From contig NIVC01000088.1 of the NCBI GenBank assembly GCA_002269645.1, positions 1 through 51,038 of the forward strand: 51,038 bases of DNA. The letters are read 5' to 3'. Shown here in pieces: positions 46,301-51,038 of this stretch. The DNA comes from Macrostomum lignano. Its lineage: Eukaryota. The notes under the pieces are model-generated. The model saw only the letters and a list, made by a program, of their open reading frames with translations, had not been told where the DNA came from and did no database searches. The position numbers and the translations under genes are program-made. Position 1 is the first letter of the stretch. Each line of letters opens with the position of its first letter.

Positions 46301-47015
46301 CTCAACTTGGTTGTCTATGTCTATGGGCAAGACCAAATCTACTGCTGCCAATTTCAACTTGGAATTCTCTCAACTTGGTTGTCTATGTCTATGGGCAAGA
46401 CCAAATCTACTGCTGCCAATTTCAACTTGGAATTCTCTCAACTTGGTTGTCTATGTCTATGGGCAAGACCAAATCTACTGCTGCCAATTTCAACTTGGAA
46501 TTCTCTCAACTTGGTTGTCTATGTCTATGGGCAAGACCAAATCTACTGCTGCCAATTTCAACTTGGAATTCTCTCAACTTGGTTGTCTGTGTCTATGGGC
46601 AAGACCAAATCTACTGCTGCCAATTTCAACTTGGAATTCTCTCAACTTGGTTGTCCATGTCCGACTGGATTTGGCTTGAAATTTCGACTGGAAAACCCCA
46701 TCGGAAAAAGCTCGCGCGGGCAAATCTCGTCGGGAAAACTTCTCGTGGGAAGTTCTCGTGCTCCGGGAAAACGGGGATGAGCTGAGCATTTTTCATAGAT
46801 GACTAATGAAAATCACAATAAAGCAGATACTTACAAGCCACCTAGCGCAATAAGTCCCGATCCTCACCTGTATTCGGAGTGTACAGCAGATAGATAGGCG
46901 CCAAGGTGTGAAATCCGCTGAGAATGGCAATCAGCGCCGGCACCAGGAAGATGAGCAGCTGAGCTCGGCCGAATCCGCCAATCTGCTTCAGCAGATCGTC
47001 AAAGTTGAGCGTCAT
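40162..47015 (-). CDS. SLC22 / organic cation transporter-like MFS gene, 8 exons, about 575 aa
   Basis: Exons 47015-46868, 45550-45385, 43823-43720, 42756-42496, 41945-41511, 41258-41035, 40700-40519, 40368-40162. Total is 1727 nt, in frame if 1 nt is restored near 46875. Motifs: FDDLLKQIGGFGRAQ, VTEFNLVC, SDLLGRR, PESPRWLL, YYGL, ELYPTSIRN, PETGNRKLPDS. Confidence 0.92.
40519..40700 (-). CDS. SLC22 exon 7
   Basis: MLGKLFNTTAFGVIYLWTAELYPTSIRN; donor GTAAGT. Confidence 0.92.
41035..41258 (-). CDS. SLC22 exon 6
   Basis: FSIALVYYGL...VEFPAY...RLGRK; donor GTAAGT. Confidence 0.9.
41511..41945 (-). CDS. SLC22 exon 5
   Basis: DWRHLQL...PESPRWLL...CFNW; donor GTGAGC. Confidence 0.9.
42225..42425 (+). 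mobile_element. Degenerate SINE family A-related fragment
   Basis: TGGCTCAATCG head-like motif; GTATCCGTGTGTGCTCAGGGG...GCGGAATGGGC resembles the family A body. Confidence 0.5.
42496..42756 (-). CDS. SLC22 exon 4
   Basis: LGRRRCLI...TRFFIGFG...GTEIVGPEAR; donor GTGAGT. Confidence 0.88.
43720..43823 (-). CDS. SLC22 exon 3
   Basis: FNLVCKNALVG...GFLSD; donor GTGAGC. Confidence 0.88.
44035..44375 (-). mobile_element. Diverged SINE related to family A
   Basis: B box GGTTCGATTCC; shared core GTGTACATGYCT...AGGGCYGCTGTACAC.CCTGTGTGAG. Confidence 0.75.
44745..45195. mobile_element. MITE-like element, family shared with 1240-1535
   Basis: ATAACTATATGGGCCACTCAG / CTGAGTGGCCCATTCAGTTAT inverted ends plus CTACTTTCAGTTCAGT / ACTGAACTGAAAGTAG. 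Confidence 0.65.
45385..45550 (-). CDS. SLC22 exon 2 (extracellular loop)
   Basis: TTTCAG|A TGC; CHEWIYDQTEFASTFVTE|GTACTG. Confidence 0.85.
45960..46655. repeat. 68-bp minisatellite, about 10 copies, in SLC22 intron 1
   Basis: Period read at 45971/46039. Confidence 0.96.
46868..47015 (-). CDS. SLC22 exon 1
   Basis: MTLNFDDLLKQIGGFGRAQLL...; donor AG|GTGAGG. Confidence 0.85.
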
Positions 47016-49775
47016 ACCACCTGTTGATTGAGTTGGTACATCGGAAATCATATTGTATAACCGAGTCTAGCTACAGGTCAGAAAATTACAGTTCACACCG
47101 GAGACTATAAAGGTGCTACAATTAGATCTTGTATTAAGACTGATAAATAATGCATTAGAAGCCAGTCACAGAGCAGCTCATGCATATATAAATATCGGTG
47201 CGAATCAGATCTGAGTCTTAGCTGCCACCAATTTCGAATATTAATCATATGAGAGTATTACCAAGTGTCTTAAATTTACCTTATTGCCAAAATAACCGCA
47301 GATAGAATCTTGAATTGCTTTATTGTCTACTCTTTAGTCGTTGCTGAATGCTGACAGAAATTAGCAAGAAGAGCAGCCAATTTCTGCTTTGCCTAAGAAT
47401 TTCCAGACATTTATTTTATGCCTTCGCAATTTTGGCCTGGGAGTAGGTAAGAGTGGCGGGGGTGGGCGTTGTTTAGCCCGGGCTTGCAGTCCACTGTGCG
47501 CGCTATTGCCCGCTCTGCGTGACCTTGAGAATTTTCCACAAGCCATCATCTCTCCCCCGCTGAGCTTCTTCCCTTGCCGCTCTCTCCCATGAGCGTACAG
47601 TTTGGGGCAGCTCTGGCGGCTGAAGCAGGAGTGTCTCTGCAGCAGTAGCATCAGCTGTAGTGCGGTTCATTCTTAAAGCGCTGTTACACTAAGCGCGTTG
47701 GCGAGCGGCTCCAAGGATGTGGCGGTCCACTGCGACCGAGACAGCTTGTCCTCAGATGATCCTGAATAATGAGCGCTGTGTGAGATTGCAGCCGGGCCGC
47801 CTATCCTATAAGGTGAGAGAGGAACAGAACAATGATGGGAAATCATTAATAGGGTGTCGGGAAAATGCCGCATCCTGCTCAACGCAGCCTCCCGGCTCCA
47901 GTCAGTTTCAACCGTCACTCACCGACCCGCCTTGTCCTCCACCTTAATCCCTCCCTATCAACTTTCTATTCTACCTGAGCAAAACCCTCTTCATTAACCT
48001 GCCCGGAGAAGATTCAGACTTGAGCGGCGAACTGGGGGGGATAGTGTCGACTCAGTTTCCCTCCCAATAATTATCAATCAAGAGAGTGAGAGTATCAACG
48101 ACAACAAAACTGAGACTCAAGCTTTATTGGGAAATGAGAGTCCCGCCGTGGCTCTCCAATTTCGATTTGCCTCATTCAGTCTTCTCTCCTCGCTCGCTAA
48201 TCAGTTGACTGGCAATCAGCCTCCAAAGAAGACTCGAATTTCAACTTTCTATGGTTGGGCTTGCATGGGGCGGGCTCCCCTCCTCCTCATCGTGACGACT
48301 ATAGAGCTTCGGTCAGCTGGGATTCGAAGTTGCTAAGACTTAATGGGAAACTGCGGGGAGAAAAGTAACCGCGTGCATGCGAGGGCGATTGCAAGGGATT
48401 ATGATGGGGATCGGGCCTCGGATAGGGGCATCGGTCGGTAAAGAACTTCGGGATGCAATCCCATCTCTACCTATTGCGTCTCCCCCTACTCCCCCCTGCT
48501 CAATCTCTCCCAAGCCGATGCGGTCGCCGTTCCGAGCGCCTCCTTTCTTCTTCTCATTACTGGGGAGAACATGGATGGGGCAGGGAGGCTGGGAGGAGAC
48601 TCCATCATCATTTGGGGGGAGACCTTAGGCCGGTGTGGCAGTCTTTTGTGTGCACCGGTGGCTTCTGTAATTACACGCCGGTTACTGTTCTCAGTCTCAT
48701 AGCTAAGCTTTTCTTTCTCTGCTCTTCGTGCGGCCGATCCCCAGCTCCTGAGGGTTGAAAAAAGGCAGCGGAGGGCCGGCCTGGCAGCTACTTAAGGAGC
48801 ATCGCCCGAGGATGAGGCAGCGGGCAAAACGCCGCCTACGACGGAAGCTGGACCCCGAAAGACAACAGACTAAGAATCGAAGAGACTGCAGGTATGTACC
48901 TACCATCCCTATATCTTATTATACTTGGCAATTCTCTCGTCACAACTTCTCCGGATGCAAGTTTGCCGCATCAAGTGAGGCTGGCTTGAGTATTTCATCA
49001 GGTACTGCCAGCTGAGGCAAGCAGAGCCAACCCCGCTCTCTGAGCCTGTAGGGGAGTAGAAACTGTCGGAGTCGGGATGAATGGGATGCGAGCACGGTCT
49101 CAAGCCGTCTCCGTCAGTTTCTAACCCCATACGGTCTCTAGCAATTGCAGTACCTTATGGATGTACTCTTGCCAAGCATCTCTAAGCAACTCGCAAAAAC
49201 CGGCCGGCAGTCAGCCTCTCTATCTCACTAGTAGCGTAGAAAACTAAGAGCAGAAAAAGCAGAAACTGAATGAGTCCAGCAGCCGTCCTATTGAGAAAAT
49301 AGCGGGTATAAAAAAGCAAATAGACGAACTCTGTACCATATTTTCGCATCGGGCTGGTTAGCGTGTTCGCAGGCTCCACGCGCACACAACGCGCGCGAAT
49401 GCAGAAACGCTTTTACAGAAAGCCAGTTCTGCATTTTCTGGCTGCTTCAAGTGGCAGGGATGGGTGAAGCTGCCGGGCCCTGAGGCTGCTTGCTAGCTTA
49501 GTTCTGCTCGGACTAAAAAGCAAAACATATACAGATCAAAGTGCGCGCAGCAATGGATCTATAGAAAACTCGCTGTAGTGTTTAGAGTCTTAATACGAAA
49601 TATTTGCTGGCTGAATCATTTTTGATAACAACCTTTTATTTGGTTCGTACCACATAACTTACACTGAAGCGTACTAACAAGTAGAGACTAGAGCAAATTT
49701 CTCTATTCGTTGTGAAAGCTGGAAATTAAGTAAGACCAGATAAAAATTGGTACAGTCGCGACAGAATTCACACCC

Positions 49776-50140
49776 GTCTAGAAGAGCATCTACCCCTGTC
49801 TAGAACAGCATCTACCCCTGTCTAGAACAGCATCTACCCCTGTCTAGAACACCATCTAACCCTGTCTAGAACAGCATCTACCCCTGTCTAGAACACCATC
49901 TACCCCTGTCTAGAACAGCATCTACCCCTGTCTAGAACAGCATCTACCCCTGTCTAGAACAGCATCTACCCCTGTCTAGAACAGCATCTACCCCTGTCTA
50001 GAACACCATCTACCCCTGTCTAGAACAGCATCTACCCCTGTCTAGAACAGCATCTACCCCTGTCTAGAACAGCATCTACCCCTGTCTAGAACAGCATCCG
50101 CCCCCGTCTAGAACAGCATCCGCCCCCGTCTATAACAGCA
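49776..50140. repeat. 22-bp minisatellite, about 16 copies
   Basis: Unit CTAGAACAGCATCTACCCCTGT. Confidence 0.95.
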
Positions 50141-51038
50141 TCAGCACTATCCCAAGCAAAACTCGTCAATTAAGGTACAAAACGCTTTAATTTAACACTG
50201 ATTACAAAGTCAATGAATTTTATCGAATAGCTACTGATAACTGTATACGAGCCGTAGCTTTCCCATCGGAGTCAGCTGCTGTAGTACTTCAAATAGCTAA
50301 AGGACCCTGTGGCGATTTTAGGTTAATTACTTTACGAATAGTTAATTAGAAACCTTGCCGCAGATCAAGGTGTAGAACACTTTACTGAAACATCTAAATC
50401 GAAACGATACTACGTATATAGAGGATGACTGCATCTAGCTGACTTTATTGAACAAAATGTTACAAAGTATTTACTGATACAATGCTTGAGGAATCTGTGG
50501 TCAAAGAAGATGATTTATTAAGCTAATTGTCCCTTTACTTTCTTTCGATTTAAGCTAGGCCACAAAGGAATATTACCGGCTCGTAATTACCCTGCCTCTT
50601 CGCTGTGAGCGACATTCCACTAAGTTTTTCCAATTTTCCGTTTTTGAGTTAAATGCTTTTGTAATGACGCTTAAAAGACTATACGCATATCTATACTTTC
50701 ACTAAAAGTTAATGTTGCCTTAAGTTATTTCCAGCTATAAGCGGTTTCAAATATACCGATTTATTGGATTTTTGTCGCGTTCTGTTCGTTTGCTTTTGAT
50801 GCATTTCCTACAATCTATGCAAGCATCATAATAGCACTACTGACTACTATATTTTCCAGTAGTAGAATTTGTCAGCAATCTTTCTTAGCGATTAATTTTG
50901 CGCATAGTTTGAACTTCTAACATCATCATAGTTAACGGCGACTTTCGCATTGTCTGACATGTGCATGCAAGACAGACGCGGTGAATCACTGAGCTCCTCT
51001 GCCTCACCCCTCCCCCAACATAATTGTTGGCCGTACAC

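Noticed and set aside
45889-46785. Three overlapping ORFs up to 298 aa
   Set aside because: The 68-bp unit is stop-free and not a multiple of 3, so one peptide cycles through all frames; it lies antisense within an intron.
46829-46834. Strong GTAAGT as the SLC22 exon 1 donor
   Set aside because: It lies past an in-frame stop in both the given and the corrected frame.

Overview
Animal (invertebrate) genomic DNA with spliced genes; there are no prokaryotic features. The host is not identifiable from this window. GC3-rich exons and minisatellite-laden introns are reminiscent of a flatworm such as Macrostomum, but that is a low-confidence guess. Four genes are supported. (1) The 3' ten coding exons of a polycystin-1-like (PKD1L) gene on +, 254-12634: GPS, PLAT/LH2, transmembrane channel region, C-terminal coiled coil. 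(2) An intronless, N-terminally shortened RPS11, -, 14506-14952. (3) An intronless 174-aa WW+BAG co-chaperone, BAG3-like, -, 20153-20677. (4) An 8-exon SLC22/organic-cation-transporter-like gene, -, 40162-47015. Both spliced genes need one extra base to stay in frame (at about 884 and about 46875). About a quarter of the window is tandem repeat, including 3.8-kb (23-bp unit) and 4.8-kb (50/52-bp unit) satellites. The rest of the non-coding DNA holds tRNA-derived SINEs, MITEs with intact target-site duplications (TSDs), Tc1/mariner and Penelope-like remnants. The best leads are: a ~3-kb domain almost free of CpG with directly visible CpG decay; intron minisatellites built out of splice signals; a satellite caught arising from a dispersed element; an RT-less Penelope-like element with a possible SGNH-like domain; and the two compact divergent genes. 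No novel multi-gene system can be demonstrated from the sequence alone.
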